A stretch of 64,000 nucleotides of DNA from Puniceicoccaceae bacterium. GTDB taxonomy: Bacteria; Verrucomicrobiota; Verrucomicrobiia; Opitutales; Oceanipulchritudinaceae. A program made the translations under genes and the position numbers. The notes under the pieces are model-generated. The model ran no database searches, was not told where the DNA came from, and was given only the letters and a program-made list of their open reading frames with translations. Shown here piece by piece: positions 26,076 through 36,469 of this stretch (position 1 is the stretch's first letter; each line of letters starts with the position of its first letter). The stretch covers positions 56,386 to 120,385 of the forward strand of contig JBFOMH010000026.1 in NCBI GenBank assembly GCA_040830765.1. The letters are read 5' to 3'.

Positions 26076-29000
26076 ATGCAATTCTTCCGCAATCTATCCA
26101 TTCGGGCAAAGCTGATGAGCATTCTTATGTTCAGCTGTGTCATTTCGTCGGGATTGGTGGCGGTTGCCTTCCTGACCTATGAGTTGGTCAACGTCCGCAG
26201 TTCAATGGTCAAAAGGCTGCTGACCGACGCAAGAGTCATCTCGGTGAACATCCGCGAGCCGATGCTCTCCGGCAACAAGGCCGCTGCCGACGAAATCCTC
26301 GCCACGCTCAGCACCGACCGGAGCATAGTGGCCGCCTTCCTCTTTGATAGCGAAGGGGCAGTTTTTGCCACTTTCCAGAGGGATACAGAGAATCCGATGG
26401 CGGCTCCCGACCCCGATGCCAAAAAGCAAGGATTCTCCCTCGGCCAGTTACGGATTTCCGAACCCATCCAGCAGGCTAATCAGCAACTGGGGACGATTTT
26501 CATCGCCCAGGATCTTAACAAGCTGAAAATGTGGGTCTTTCCCTACGTAGGCATCCTGAGCTGGGGGCTGCTCATCTCCATCCTGGTGGCGGTGATTTTG
26601 TCCAATTTGCTGGGTCGTGTCTTCTTGAGGCCGATTCTTGAACTTGCCGCAACCACCCGGCGAATCACCCGGAAACACAACTACAGCACCAGGGCCAAGT
26701 CGTTCTACAACGATGAAGTCGGCCAGTTGATCGATTCCTTCAATGAGATGCTGTCCGTGGTTGAGAACAAGGAACACGACCTCCGCGATCGTGAACAGCG
26801 CTTCCGGGCCCTGATTGAAAATGCCTCGGACCTTATCATCATTCTCAACAGCGAGGGCCAGATCATCTATGGTAGCCCCTCCCTGAGCCGCCTGTTCAAT
26901 AACGATGCCAAGGAGTATATCGGCCAGTCATTTTTTGAATTCATGCACCCTTCAGATGTCTGGCGCTGCAAACAGACCTTTCAGCGGCTGAAGAAGCGGA
27001 GCAATACGCTGCTTGGGTTTGAATTCCAGTTCAAGGGCAGGGACGGGTCATGGATGGACATTGGCGCTATTGCCCGGAACCTTCTCCATGTCAGTGGGGT
27101 CAACGGCATCGTTGTCAATGGCCGGGATGTGACCTCCCGCAAGGAACTGACCAAGGAACTCATCACCCACAGGGATGATCTTGAGCAAATGGTCGCTGCC
27201 AGAACCCAGGACCTGGAGGCCTCCCGCAAGGCAGCTCTTGACTCGATGGAGGATGCCAATCTGCAGCGACTGCGGGCTGAGGACGCACTGGCTGAGCTTA
27301 CCCTGTCGCAGGAATCCCTCGCCAGGGCCAAGGATGCCGCTGAAGAGGCCAGCAAAGCCAAGAGTAACTTCATCGCCAACATGAGCCACGAGATCCGCAC
27401 CCCCATGAATGCTGTCATCGGGTTGGCGGACCTGGCCTTGAAGTCGGACTCCAAAAAGAAACAGACCGACTACCTGGAGAAGATTCTCCGTGCATCGAGG
27501 ATCCTTCTGGGGATCATCAATGACATCCTGGATTTCTCCAAGATTGAACAGCGCAAGGTGGAGCTGGAAGCGACAACCTTCGACCTGCACGAGGAGATGC
27601 GAACCATCAATGAAATGTTCGCACGGAACATCGAGGACAAGGGACTCTCCCTCAGGGTTGATTTCGCCCAGGATATTCCGGCTAACGTGGTCGGGGATCC
27701 GCTGCGGCTGCGCCAGATTCTCATCAACCTCTTCAGCAATGCCATCAAGTTTACTGAGAAAGGGGAAATTTCGCTTTCCGCCCGCATGGTCAAGCATGAG
27801 GAGGGCCAGATTACGCTGGAATTTTCCGTATCTGACACCGGTATCGGGATGGACGAGGAGCTCACGGCCAAGGTGTTTGAATCCTTCAAGCAGGGGGATG
27901 AGTCGACAACCCGTGTATTTGGCGGAACCGGTCTGGGCCTAGCGATCAGCAAGCACCTGGTGGAACTGATGGGCGGGACCATCTCTGCCAAAAGCTTCTA
28001 CGGCAAGGGGAGTACCTTCACCTTCACCGTGGTGTTCGAGGAGGCGGTAATGGAATCGATTCCCGAGGCACCAACCGGTCTTGAAGGACTCCGGATTCTC
28101 GTCGTCGACGAGGAAAAGGAGGTTCAGGAGATGCTCTCCCATCTGCTCAAGGACTTTTCGTTTCGAACCGCTACCGCTGGTTCGGTTGACGAGGCGGTCA
28201 AGATGCTGGGGGCGGCTCCGTTTGGCGATCCGTTCCGGCTGGTCATTCTCGACTGGAACATGCCTGAAAAGAAGGGTACGGAGGCGGTCAAAATCATCAC
28301 CGAACTCAATACAATCCCGCTCAAACCAAGCTACATGATCATGAGCGGCTACTGGAACGAGGAATTGCACAAGGACCTGGATGAATGTGGCGTCACCGCC
28401 TTCCTGCCCAAGCCCTTCAAGAGTTCCACCCTGCTGGACCTCATTATCCGGCAGTTCTCGGACGAGGTGATGGATGTTGTTCGAGCGGTGAAGGATTCAG
28501 ATGCTTCCGGCATTCCCGACTTAAGCCATGCCAACCTGCTTCTCGCGGAGGACAATGAGCTCAACCAGGAAGTTGCCCTCGGACTGCTCGAGGAGACCCA
28601 GTGCAAGGTCTTCGTGGTCGAAAACGGTAAAGCTGCCTTGGAAGCCATAACAGAAGACACCTATGATCTGGTTCTGATGGACATCCAGATGCCTGAGTTG
28701 GACGGTTACGAAACGACCCGGCAGCTTCGCGACATGGAGTCGAGGGGAGAACTTCCGAAACGGGATAACGGCGATGCCAACGATGGCCGAATCCCCATCA
28801 TTGCCATGACTGCCGGCACCCTTAGTCGGGACAAGGATCGCGCCTTCGAAGCGGGAATGGATGACCATGTATCAAAACCGGTGGATCCGAAGTTGTTTTA
28901 CAAGGTACTTGCCAAGTGGCTTGGGGGCGTCGCCGCGGAAGGCTCTAGTGTCGGCAAAAAGCGGGTACTTTCCCCGAAGGACGAGACAAAGTCGGATCAA

Positions 29001-29648
29001 TCAGAAGGCATCCTGACTTCACTGGCGCCATTCCCGGGCATTGAACTTGAAAAGGGCTTGATGCACGTCGGTGGCAATGAGGAACGCCTCGGAAAGCTGA
29101 TGCTGAAATTCCGCAAGGGCCAGGCCAATGTTGTGGAGGAAATCAAGACCGCGCTCGCCGACGGCGACCGCGAACTGGCACACCGGACGGCCCATACCTT
29201 GAAAGGCCTCGCGGGAACACTCGGGGCCACCACTCTGCAGGAAGCTGCCCGAGTACTTGAAGCAGCGCTTAAGGGTGAACCGGGAAAGAAAGACGAAGAC
29301 GCCCTCCTGGTGGACGTGGAGCAATCCCTTCAGGAAGTAATTGAAGGACTTGCCCCTCTGGAGACCGTTCCCTCCTCTGGCGCGAAAAAGAAGAGATCGG
29401 TCAAAATCTCCAAGAAGGAACGGACACGATTGCTGAACAAGCTCTCAAGCTTGCTGGAGGATGGCGATTCCGAGGCCATTGCCTGTTATAATGAGCTAAA
29501 CGAGGCTGGAGTGTTTTCCACCGGCAGTGGCCAGCCTGACCAGCTCGGCAGCCTGATTGAAGCCTACTCGTTCGAGGAAGCCAAGGCGGTCCTGAAGACG
29601 ATAATGGAGAGTCCTGAAGATGATAAGGAAGCTGTGAAAGATGACTGA
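26076..29648 (+). CDS. Hybrid sensor histidine kinase (TM-periplasmic sensor-HAMP-PAS-HisKA-HATPase-REC-REC-HPt)
   Basis: MSHEIRTPMN, NLFSNAIKFT, DTGIG, GGTGLGL, two receiver domains (LDWNMP, MDIQMP), HPt AHTLKG. Confidence 0.93.
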   Translation: MQFFRNLSIRAKLMSILMFSCVISSGLVAVAFLTYELVNVRSSMVKRLLTDARVISVNIREPMLSGNKAAADEILATLSTDRSIVAAFLFDSEGAVFATFQRDTENPMAAPDPDAKKQGFSLGQLRISEPIQQANQQLGTIFIAQDLNKLKMWVFPYVGILSWGLLISILVAVILSNLLGRVFLRPILELAATTRRITRKHNYSTRAKSFYNDEVGQLIDSFNEMLSVVENKEHDLRDREQRFRALIENASDLIIILNSEGQIIYGSPSLSRLFNNDAKEYIGQSFFEFMHPSDVWRCKQTFQRLKKRSNTLLGFEFQFKGRDGSWMDIGAIARNLLHVSGVNGIVVNGRDVTSRKELTKELITHRDDLEQMVAARTQDLEASRKAALDSMEDANLQRLRAEDALAELTLSQESLARAKDAAEEASKAKSNFIANMSHEIRTPMNAVIGLADLALKSDSKKKQTDYLEKILRASRILLGIINDILDFSKIEQRKVELEATTFDLHEEMRTINEMFARNIEDKGLSLRVDFAQDIPANVVGDPLRLRQILINLFSNAIKFTEKGEISLSARMVKHEEGQITLEFSVSDTGIGMDEELTAKVFESFKQGDESTTRVFGGTGLGLAISKHLVELMGGTISAKSFYGKGSTFTFTVVFEEAVMESIPEAPTGLEGLRILVVDEEKEVQEMLSHLLKDFSFRTATAGSVDEAVKMLGAAPFGDPFRLVILDWNMPEKKGTEAVKIITELNTIPLKPSYMIMSGYWNEELHKDLDECGVTAFLPKPFKSSTLLDLIIRQFSDEVMDVVRAVKDSDASGIPDLSHANLLLAEDNELNQEVALGLLEETQCKVFVVENGKAALEAITEDTYDLVLMDIQMPELDGYETTRQLRDMESRGELPKRDNGDANDGRIPIIAMTAGTLSRDKDRAFEAGMDDHVSKPVDPKLFYKVLAKWLGGVAAEGSSVGKKRVLSPKDETKSDQSEGILTSLAPFPGIELEKGLMHVGGNEERLGKLMLKFRKGQANVVEEIKTALADGDRELAHRTAHTLKGLAGTLGATTLQEAARVLEAALKGEPGKKDEDALLVDVEQSLQEVIEGLAPLETVPSSGAKKKRSVKISKKERTRLLNKLSSLLEDGDSEAIACYNELNEAGVFSTGSGQPDQLGSLIEAYSFEEAKAVLKTIMESPEDDKEAVKDD

Positions 29649-30801
29649 TAAAAAGCCCACTATTCTGGCGGTCGATGATGAACCGGCCAATCTGGACGTC
29701 CTGATCGGATTATTGAAGGACCAGTACCGGGTTAAAGTTGCCACTAACGGGGCAAATGCTTTGAAGCTGGCAACCACCAGCGAGCCACCGGACTTGGTCC
29801 TGCTCGATATCCTGATGCCGGAAATGACCGGGATCGAAGTATGCCGGGCAATGAAGGAATTCAGCCAGTTGAAGGATGTTCCGGTCATTTTTATCAGTTC
29901 CCTTGAGGAGGTTATGGACAAGGTGCAAGCCTTCACCTCAGGAGGCGTTGATTATGTCACCAAGCCGTTTCAGCCTGAGGAATTGCTGGCCCGGGTCAGC
30001 ACCCACTTGACCCTCAGGAAGATGCAGAAGCAGCTTGAAGAACATAATAACCACCTCGATGAGCTGGTTCGCCGCAAAAGCCGGGAACTGGCCGAAGCGC
30101 ATGACCGGCTGGACCTCGTCTCCCGGACCAAGGGGGAATTTCTCAAGCTTATCTCCCATGAGTTGCGTACCCCGGCAAACGGGGTTCTCGGAATTGCCGA
30201 TATCATCATGGAGAGTTGTCCGGACAACGAGGAGATCAGCTCCCTGCGTCCCTTTTTCAAGGAATCGCAGGAACGCATGCTCTCCGTCCTGGAGGATGCG
30301 CTTCTATTGGCCGAGGTTGATTTTTCGCAAGACGACTTCAAGGCAGCGCCGGTTTCCCTGGAAATGATACTCGCCGAAGCCTTTGGCGAGGCGGTCGAGT
30401 TCGCCATTGAGCATGATGTCCAGATTGGAGACATTCCGCTGTGCGACACGGATGTGGATGGCGATGAAAAACTGTTCAGAATGTCCCTGACCGCCCTTCT
30501 AAAGACGGCTGTTATCTTTAGTGCGCCCAATGAAGAAGTGGTTGTCCGTTGTATCGATGGAGACACGACAGCTTCGCTCATTATGGAGGTCACCGGCAAG
30601 ACCCTTGATGATGATATCATCGCCGGATTCTTTGACTTGTCCAGCAGCACGCGCAGCAGCACACCTGCTGAAGTCCTCGGTCTGAGACCGGTGGTGGCGG
30701 ATCGGGTGGTATCCCTTTACGGGGGCTTTGTCCAGTTGCGGAATCACGACGACAGCGGAATCGTGTTGAACGTGACGATGAAAAAGTCCCTCAGCGGGTA
30801 G
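29641..30801 (+). CDS. Response regulator fused to HisKA and a degenerate HATPase domain
   Basis: REC VDDEP...LLDILMP...KPF; H-box ISHELRTP; N, G1 and G2 boxes degenerate; 8-bp overlap with the upstream kinase. Confidence 0.85.
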   Translation: MTDKKPTILAVDDEPANLDVLIGLLKDQYRVKVATNGANALKLATTSEPPDLVLLDILMPEMTGIEVCRAMKEFSQLKDVPVIFISSLEEVMDKVQAFTSGGVDYVTKPFQPEELLARVSTHLTLRKMQKQLEEHNNHLDELVRRKSRELAEAHDRLDLVSRTKGEFLKLISHELRTPANGVLGIADIIMESCPDNEEISSLRPFFKESQERMLSVLEDALLLAEVDFSQDDFKAAPVSLEMILAEAFGEAVEFAIEHDVQIGDIPLCDTDVDGDEKLFRMSLTALLKTAVIFSAPNEEVVVRCIDGDTTASLIMEVTGKTLDDDIIAGFFDLSSSTRSSTPAEVLGLRPVVADRVVSLYGGFVQLRNHDDSGIVLNVTMKKSLSG

Positions 30802-30811
30802 CTGGTTCCAG

Positions 30812-31924
30812 TCAATCCTGGATTGGCAGGCGAAACCAGAAGGTGCTTCCCTTGCCGATTTCACTCTCAACGCCGATGGTTCCCCCATGGGCTTCAACGG
30901 CCAGCTTGCAGAAGGTCAGGCCAAAGCCGGTGGAGTACTTCCGCTTCTTGTTGTGCATCTCAACTTGTCCGAATTTCTCGAATATCTTTTCATGATATTC
31001 GGGTGAGATACCTGGTCCGTTGTCGGTTATGGAGACTTTCACACCTTCATCGACTTTCTCCAGGACGAGACGGACCGTTCCGCTGTCAGGGGTGAACTTG
31101 ACGGCATTTCCAATCAGGTTGGTGATCACCCGTTGGATGATATTCCGGTCGCACTGCAGTGACAGCGAGTCCAATGATGGTTCAAAGGCAATGCTGGCGC
31201 CAAAATCCAAGGCCTGGTAGGGGTCGGCCGTCTCCTTTGCCAGGGAGACGATATCCAGCTCTTCCATCTCCAGTGGCATTTCATTCTCATCGAAACGGCT
31301 GACATCCAGCACGGTACTCACCATCTCGATAAGCCCTGTGCAGGCTCGGGTGGCCGCGTCCAGGTGCTGCTCTGCCTTGGGATTGAGCTCACTCCTCATT
31401 TTGAGCAGTTCCAGATGGCCGTTCATGAGGGACAGCGGGGTACGCATGTCGTGGACCACCATGTGGACCAGGTTGTCCCGAAGGGCTTCCAGTTCCTGTA
31501 GCTGCTTGTATGCCGTTTCGATCTTCAGTCGTTGCCGGTTGACTTCCAGATGGGTCGCTACCCGGGCGAGGACGATTGCCGGCGTTATGGGCTTGGCGAT
31601 GTAATCGACGGCGCCCAGAGCAAGTCCCTTTGTTTCATCCTGGGGCTCGCCTTTTGCGGTAATGAAGATGATGGGGATGTTCTTGGTCTCCTCCTTTTTC
31701 TTCAGTCGTCTACAGACCTCATACCCATCCATCTCCGGCATCATGATATCGAGGAGGATGAGATCCGGGGCCTCTTTTTCGCAAAGCGAAAGGGCAATCT
31801 TCCCGTTGGTCGCGATCCGGGTGCGATAGTCTGGCGATAGGCAGCCAACCAGCACATCGATATTGTCCGGGGTATCGTCAACGATGAGGAGACTTCCTTT
31901 TTTTGCTTTGTTTTTCCTTGGCAT
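30812..31924 (-). CDS. Cytoplasmic REC-HisKA-HATPase hybrid kinase/response regulator
   Basis: VDDTP, LLDIMMP, VHDMRTP, NLIGNAVKF, DNGPG, STGFGL; likely start MPRKNK at 31924 (ORF-track start 31993). Confidence 0.9.
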   Translation of the reverse strand: MPRKNKAKKGSLLIVDDTPDNIDVLVGCLSPDYRTRIATNGKIALSLCEKEAPDLILLDIMMPEMDGYEVCRRLKKKEETKNIPIIFITAKGEPQDETKGLALGAVDYIAKPITPAIVLARVATHLEVNRQRLKIETAYKQLQELEALRDNLVHMVVHDMRTPLSLMNGHLELLKMRSELNPKAEQHLDAATRACTGLIEMVSTVLDVSRFDENEMPLEMEELDIVSLAKETADPYQALDFGASIAFEPSLDSLSLQCDRNIIQRVITNLIGNAVKFTPDSGTVRLVLEKVDEGVKVSITDNGPGISPEYHEKIFEKFGQVEMHNKKRKYSTGFGLTFCKLAVEAHGGTIGVESEIGKGSTFWFRLPIQD

Positions 31925-32116
31925 AGCCGTCTGAAGTGCCAGTCCGTGAGGTCTTGGACTGGCGAAACCTAGTTCTCTATTTGAGCATGGCATGCCTCTG
32001 GTTCAAGTCCATTCCGAACGAGATCAACCAAAAGTTCCCGCACTGGCCCGGTTTGGTGGTCCGACATTGATGTCATGGTATTGGCTATGGTTGGCTTGGG
32101 TGGTTGGAATTGCTGC

Positions 32117-33478
32117 TCAATCACCGGGTTCATTTGCCTCCGCCTTCAGGGCCATATCCAGTCGTTCGTTCAACTCGACTCGAGCCTGTGCCAGTACCCG
32201 CTGGGCATCCGGGTTGGGCGTGACCAAGGCCAGCTCCTCGACCAGCGTCAGTTGCTGACGTACCTGTTCAGCCGTGAGCATGCCACCCGCTGGTGCATAG
32301 AAGAAGTTCTGGTTGTTGAGGTTGATGTGGGATACGCCCGTATTTACCTCCACCAGCGAGGGCAGCTCATCATTGAAGACCGAATCCAGGACTTGTGCCT
32401 GGTCTCCGGCGAGCGGTCGCGTCAAATAGGGCCAGTGGTTCGCCGGAATCTGATTTTCCTGAGCCTGTTCAATGAGTGCCTCCCGGGCATCAGGATTCGC
32501 CACAGCCATCTGGGCCAGCATCTGGAGGGCCTGCAACCGGGCTGGACCCGAGCTGCCGTTCGGTTGGGCCTGGGCCAGTTCGATCAGGGAGGGAACACCT
32601 GCTCCTTCAGGCAAGTTGCCCAACGTCAAGGTGGCATAATAGCTCCAGTAGGACGCGGAATTTTGCAGATCGCCAACGATCGCAGTGCCGCCGTATCGTT
32701 CCAGCACTTCAAAGAGTGGAGCAACATCATAGCCTTCCAATTGCTGTTCAACCGCCATGGCCAGTGATTCGCGGGCGGCCTCTACTGCCTTGGCACGATA
32801 TTGGTCGGGAGCAATCGCTTCCAGCATAGCCGCCAGCCAGGCGATCTCCCTGGGGGAGGCTGTGGTCTGCAATACGTTGCCCAGGACCCCGATCGCCTCC
32901 GGACCGCCAATCCAGGCCAAAGCATCGAATACCGCTACCCGGGTCGATTCGTACCCAAGCGCGGCCATCGTTGCCTCATCAAAATGCTGGTCCTGGTAGG
33001 AGTTCAGCAACTGCGCCAAGGCGGGCACCGATGCGATCCCTCCACGGACCAGACTCTCGAATGTCTGCTTCCACACGCCGGCATTTTCTCCGGTCACCGG
33101 GCCGGTCTCCGCCAGGCTCCAGAGGGTCCCCACCATTTGTTGCGACTCCGGCGAAGGCGGTGGCAGATAAGGCGCTTCAATGAGCGGAGGGGGCGGGGTG
33201 GTGGAAATCGACGAAGGTGCTGCCGTGACTTGATCCGGAGAAAAGGATCCCCCCTCTGCGATCGTGGTCTCCGGAAGGACCGACTCTGTTACGCGTGGCT
33301 GCTCAGTATCGCGCGCAATGGTGGATTCCGCTTCCGAACGCTTGCTGCACCCGACGGCAAGGGTAAGATACCCGCAACTCACGGCCATGATGGCATAAAC
33401 CAATCCACGACTGGCATTCCGCCTTGGTGCCTGATCTATGGCCTGGTGTCGTGATATGTGAGTTGGAGCAATCATCAA
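32117..33478 (-). CDS. Hypothetical probable lipoprotein with Pro-rich linker and helical (HEAT-like) repeats
   Basis: Lipobox-like LAVGC; TTPPPP linker; Ala/Leu-rich helical repeats (VPALAQLL, AIGVLGNVL, VPSLIELA). Confidence 0.65.
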   Translation of the reverse strand: MMIAPTHISRHQAIDQAPRRNASRGLVYAIMAVSCGYLTLAVGCSKRSEAESTIARDTEQPRVTESVLPETTIAEGGSFSPDQVTAAPSSISTTPPPPLIEAPYLPPPSPESQQMVGTLWSLAETGPVTGENAGVWKQTFESLVRGGIASVPALAQLLNSYQDQHFDEATMAALGYESTRVAVFDALAWIGGPEAIGVLGNVLQTTASPREIAWLAAMLEAIAPDQYRAKAVEAARESLAMAVEQQLEGYDVAPLFEVLERYGGTAIVGDLQNSASYWSYYATLTLGNLPEGAGVPSLIELAQAQPNGSSGPARLQALQMLAQMAVANPDAREALIEQAQENQIPANHWPYLTRPLAGDQAQVLDSVFNDELPSLVEVNTGVSHINLNNQNFFYAPAGGMLTAEQVRQQLTLVEELALVTPNPDAQRVLAQARVELNERLDMALKAEANEPGD

Positions 33479-33595
33479 TTAATAGTCGAAGAGACTGGCA
33501 CGATAGGAGGATGGCTTAATTCAGTGTCACCGGGTCTCCTAGGCGTACCGGTCCGGAGGCCATGACCACCGTGCACACCCACCAATACAGGGAAT

Positions 33596-34330
33596 CTACT
33601 CCAACAGGTTGGCCTCTACAATGTTTTTTGCGAAGGCATGGTAGACCGCCTGGAATTCCTTGGCCATTTCGTCCGGGAAACTGTGGAACTCGCCAGCTTC
33701 CAGGTTTTCGATAATGCTATCTGAAACGACCGAAACCGGTGGGGCATCTTCGAAACCGATGGACTTTGCCATGTCGGTGGCAATGGGGCCAGGATGCACA
33801 CTGAGGACGCGAACGCCCTTGGCCTCGAATTCGTTCCTCAGTCCCTGCGTCAATGAATAGGCGGCCGCCTTGGAGATACAATAAGTCGACAAGCCGGTGA
33901 AGTTCTTGAAGGAAGCCAGTGAATTCAACTGAACCAGGATGCCCTTGTTTTTCACCAGGATATCCGCGAATGCATGGGCGACACGGAGCAGGCCAAAGAC
34001 ATTTACATCCAGTTCCTGCTCCAGTTTTTCCCAGGTGTCGGGTTCCAACATGGTGCTGGGCAGTAAAATCCCCGCATTGTTGACCACGATGTCGACATCC
34101 GGTGCCAGTTCCGCCAACCGGTTGATGGACTCGGTATCCGTCATGTCAGCCTGGAGCGTAACGACCTTGTCCCCGTATTGTGTTTCCAGCTCGCTGGTGG
34201 AATCCGGATTGCGCACCGCAAGGTATATCTTGCGGGCACCGTGCTCAATAAAGGTATCGACAATTGATTTTCCGATTCCGCGATTCGCCCCCGTAATAAT
34301 CGCTACCTTGTCCTTGATGATTTCGCTCAT
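33596..34330 (-). CDS. SDR family oxidoreductase
   Basis: TGANRGIG, VNNAG, YCISK, HPGPIATDM; AGGAGA RBS just upstream of ATG 34330. Confidence 0.9.
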   Translation of the reverse strand: MSEIIKDKVAIITGANRGIGKSIVDTFIEHGARKIYLAVRNPDSTSELETQYGDKVVTLQADMTDTESINRLAELAPDVDIVVNNAGILLPSTMLEPDTWEKLEQELDVNVFGLLRVAHAFADILVKNKGILVQLNSLASFKNFTGLSTYCISKAAAYSLTQGLRNEFEAKGVRVLSVHPGPIATDMAKSIGFEDAPPVSVVSDSIIENLEAGEFHSFPDEMAKEFQAVYHAFAKNIVEANLLE

Positions 34331-34552
34331 GGTTCTCCTGTTTGATTGTTCTGCTTTTAGAGGATTGTGTGAGGTAAGGGGAAGCAAGAATCAGCGATTG
34401 GCAAATCCGGCCCGGAAAAAGGAGCGCCAGGCCTTGGAATCCTTGCCGTTTGCCCCGTATCGCAGAGGCAGCCCATCACTGGACCCGTAGTAACGGTGTT
34501 ATTGGGTCCCGCTCCCATCTAATCGCTTCCGGGAGGGGAAACAGTCCGGATT

Positions 34553-34565
34553 TCTGACGGTCTGA
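34553..34565. promoter_or_regulatory. TCWKAC-N-GTMWGA operator-like site
   Basis: TCTGACGGTCTGA, about 70 bp upstream of ATG 34634. Confidence 0.6.
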
Positions 34566-34633
34566 ATTAATAGGACCTTACCTGGTTGAGGATTCAACGT
34601 AGTTGTCTAAGTCGCAACTTCTACCCCAACCCC

Positions 34634-36427
34634 ATGAAAACCATCTTTGGCATAAGCGCGGATACCCTGGAGCAATTTGAGGAGGCTGCGCAGCGATCGA
34701 CTGAATGCGGCGCGACGCACCTTCTTGTAACGGAGGATCTCCCGGTCGCGCAGTGGCAATTTGACTCGCCGGGGGATCCGTATCCCGCGTGGTATGCCTT
34801 CCAGCCGGGACTGCTGAAAACCTTTCCGCCGGAAGACATCCATCCGTACATTAACCTGGATCACGCTAAGCGGGTTGGGGAAATCCTGGAACAGCGCTGT
34901 GAGATTCTGCGCCGGTACAATCTGCGTGGGGTGTACCACACAACCGAACCGCAGGTCCTGCCGGAGGAGCTGTATCTGGCCCATCCGCAATGGCGGGGAC
35001 CGCGGGTGGATCAGCCGAACCGTTCGCGTACGGCCCGCTTTGCCCCCTGTGTCGGGCATCCGGAGGTCCTCAGGTTGTACTCCGAATCGGTCTCCCGCCT
35101 CCTCAGGAGATGCCCCGAGATCGACACCTTCCTGTTTCTGACCATTGATTCCGGATCCGGCTTCTGCTGGGCACCCTCCCTCTATCCGGGGGCGAATGGG
35201 TGCAGTTGCTGTTCGGAAGCAGACCTTGAGGACAGGGCAGTGGGATTCCTTAATATCCTCGCTGACAGCGCCAGGCAGGAGGGGACTGAGCTGGAAATTG
35301 ATTTGGTTGAAATTGAGCCACGATCCTGGATGCGAAAAACCTTCCGCAATCCGGAAAGGCTGGCGACCCGTCTGCCTGCAGGCCTTTCCATCAATCATTG
35401 CGAGGGGCCCGACGGGAACCCCTTTGCTTCCGAGCGCTTCAGTAACCTTTTCTTCAATGCCTTTTATCCGGTAGTGGGATTGCCCCGCCCGTTGAATTTC
35501 CTCAAAAAGCTAATCCACACTGAGACAAAGGGAGCCAAGCGGGCGATCCTGAGTTTCAATGACGGGTTGAACACGGATCTCAATGCTTCCTTGTACCAGG
35601 CGTTCCAGAAGGATCCGGCGCGGAATACCCGCGAGGCAATGCAGTTACTCCATGCCGTGGCCGGGGAAATCTATGACCCGGAATCGGCCGATACGGTGTT
35701 TGATATCTGGTCGGCAATTGATGATGCGGAGCAGCAGCTGGCGTCGCTCGATTTTGGGCCATTTGTCCTCATGGGTGGGCTCTTGGCCAGATGGATAACC
35801 CGTCCCTTTGTTCCCTTTCCGGAGGAACTCGGCGAAAGTGAGCGTGGGTCCTTCTTCCCCTACCTGTTTCAGGCAAGGGATGAGAATTCTGCTTTAAACC
35901 TCGTCGATATACAGGCGATGCGGATGTTTGAAGGGTGGGGTGCCCGGTTGCTGGTCGAGCAGTCGGTGGAGGCAACGTTTGGTCATCTAAACCGGGCCCG
36001 CGCTGCAGCAGAATCAATGGGATCATCATACCCGTCAGAATCAGCATTGATGATTGCCCGTCTGTATCTTCTGACCTGTTTCCTGCGTACTGGCCGCAAT
36101 GCAGTTGCCTACCAGGCACAGCTGGACCGGTTGAAAGCTGCCATGGCAGAGGAAGAGATTCAACCGCCTCCGCCACTGGGAGCATCTGCTTCCTGGGACT
36201 GCCGTGATCTGGTGAATATCGCTCGCGCTGAGATCGATAACACGGCTGAAACCCTTGAGATAATCAAGAAAAACGGCTGCGCGGCAGTGGATATGGCACC
36301 GGAGGGAATTCCGGAATCCATCATGCGATTCTCCAACGACCTCATTTCCCATCTTGAGGCAAAGATTTCCATCATGAATGCCAAGTGGATGGATTATGCC
36401 CGACTTTCCCCTCCAGCTAATCCTTGA
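34634..36427 (+). CDS. Hypothetical cytoplasmic protein, possibly a barrel-type carbohydrate-active enzyme
   Basis: Long ORF with no signal peptide; motifs EPQVLPE...HPQWRGPRVD, FAPCV, FLTIDSGSGFCW; first gene before rhaT. Confidence 0.7.
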   Translation: MKTIFGISADTLEQFEEAAQRSTECGATHLLVTEDLPVAQWQFDSPGDPYPAWYAFQPGLLKTFPPEDIHPYINLDHAKRVGEILEQRCEILRRYNLRGVYHTTEPQVLPEELYLAHPQWRGPRVDQPNRSRTARFAPCVGHPEVLRLYSESVSRLLRRCPEIDTFLFLTIDSGSGFCWAPSLYPGANGCSCCSEADLEDRAVGFLNILADSARQEGTELEIDLVEIEPRSWMRKTFRNPERLATRLPAGLSINHCEGPDGNPFASERFSNLFFNAFYPVVGLPRPLNFLKKLIHTETKGAKRAILSFNDGLNTDLNASLYQAFQKDPARNTREAMQLLHAVAGEIYDPESADTVFDIWSAIDDAEQQLASLDFGPFVLMGGLLARWITRPFVPFPEELGESERGSFFPYLFQARDENSALNLVDIQAMRMFEGWGARLLVEQSVEATFGHLNRARAAAESMGSSYPSESALMIARLYLLTCFLRTGRNAVAYQAQLDRLKAAMAEEEIQPPPPLGASASWDCRDLVNIARAEIDNTAETLEIIKKNGCAAVDMAPEGIPESIMRFSNDLISHLEAKISIMNAKWMDYARLSPPANP

Positions 36428-36469
36428 TAGGAATAGCCTTGCACCCACGTTAATTGTAATACTCCCAAC

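Noticed and set aside
33498..33515. TGGCAC, a possible sigma-54 -24 element
   Set aside because: No TTGC at -12, and wrong orientation for the adjacent minus-strand gene
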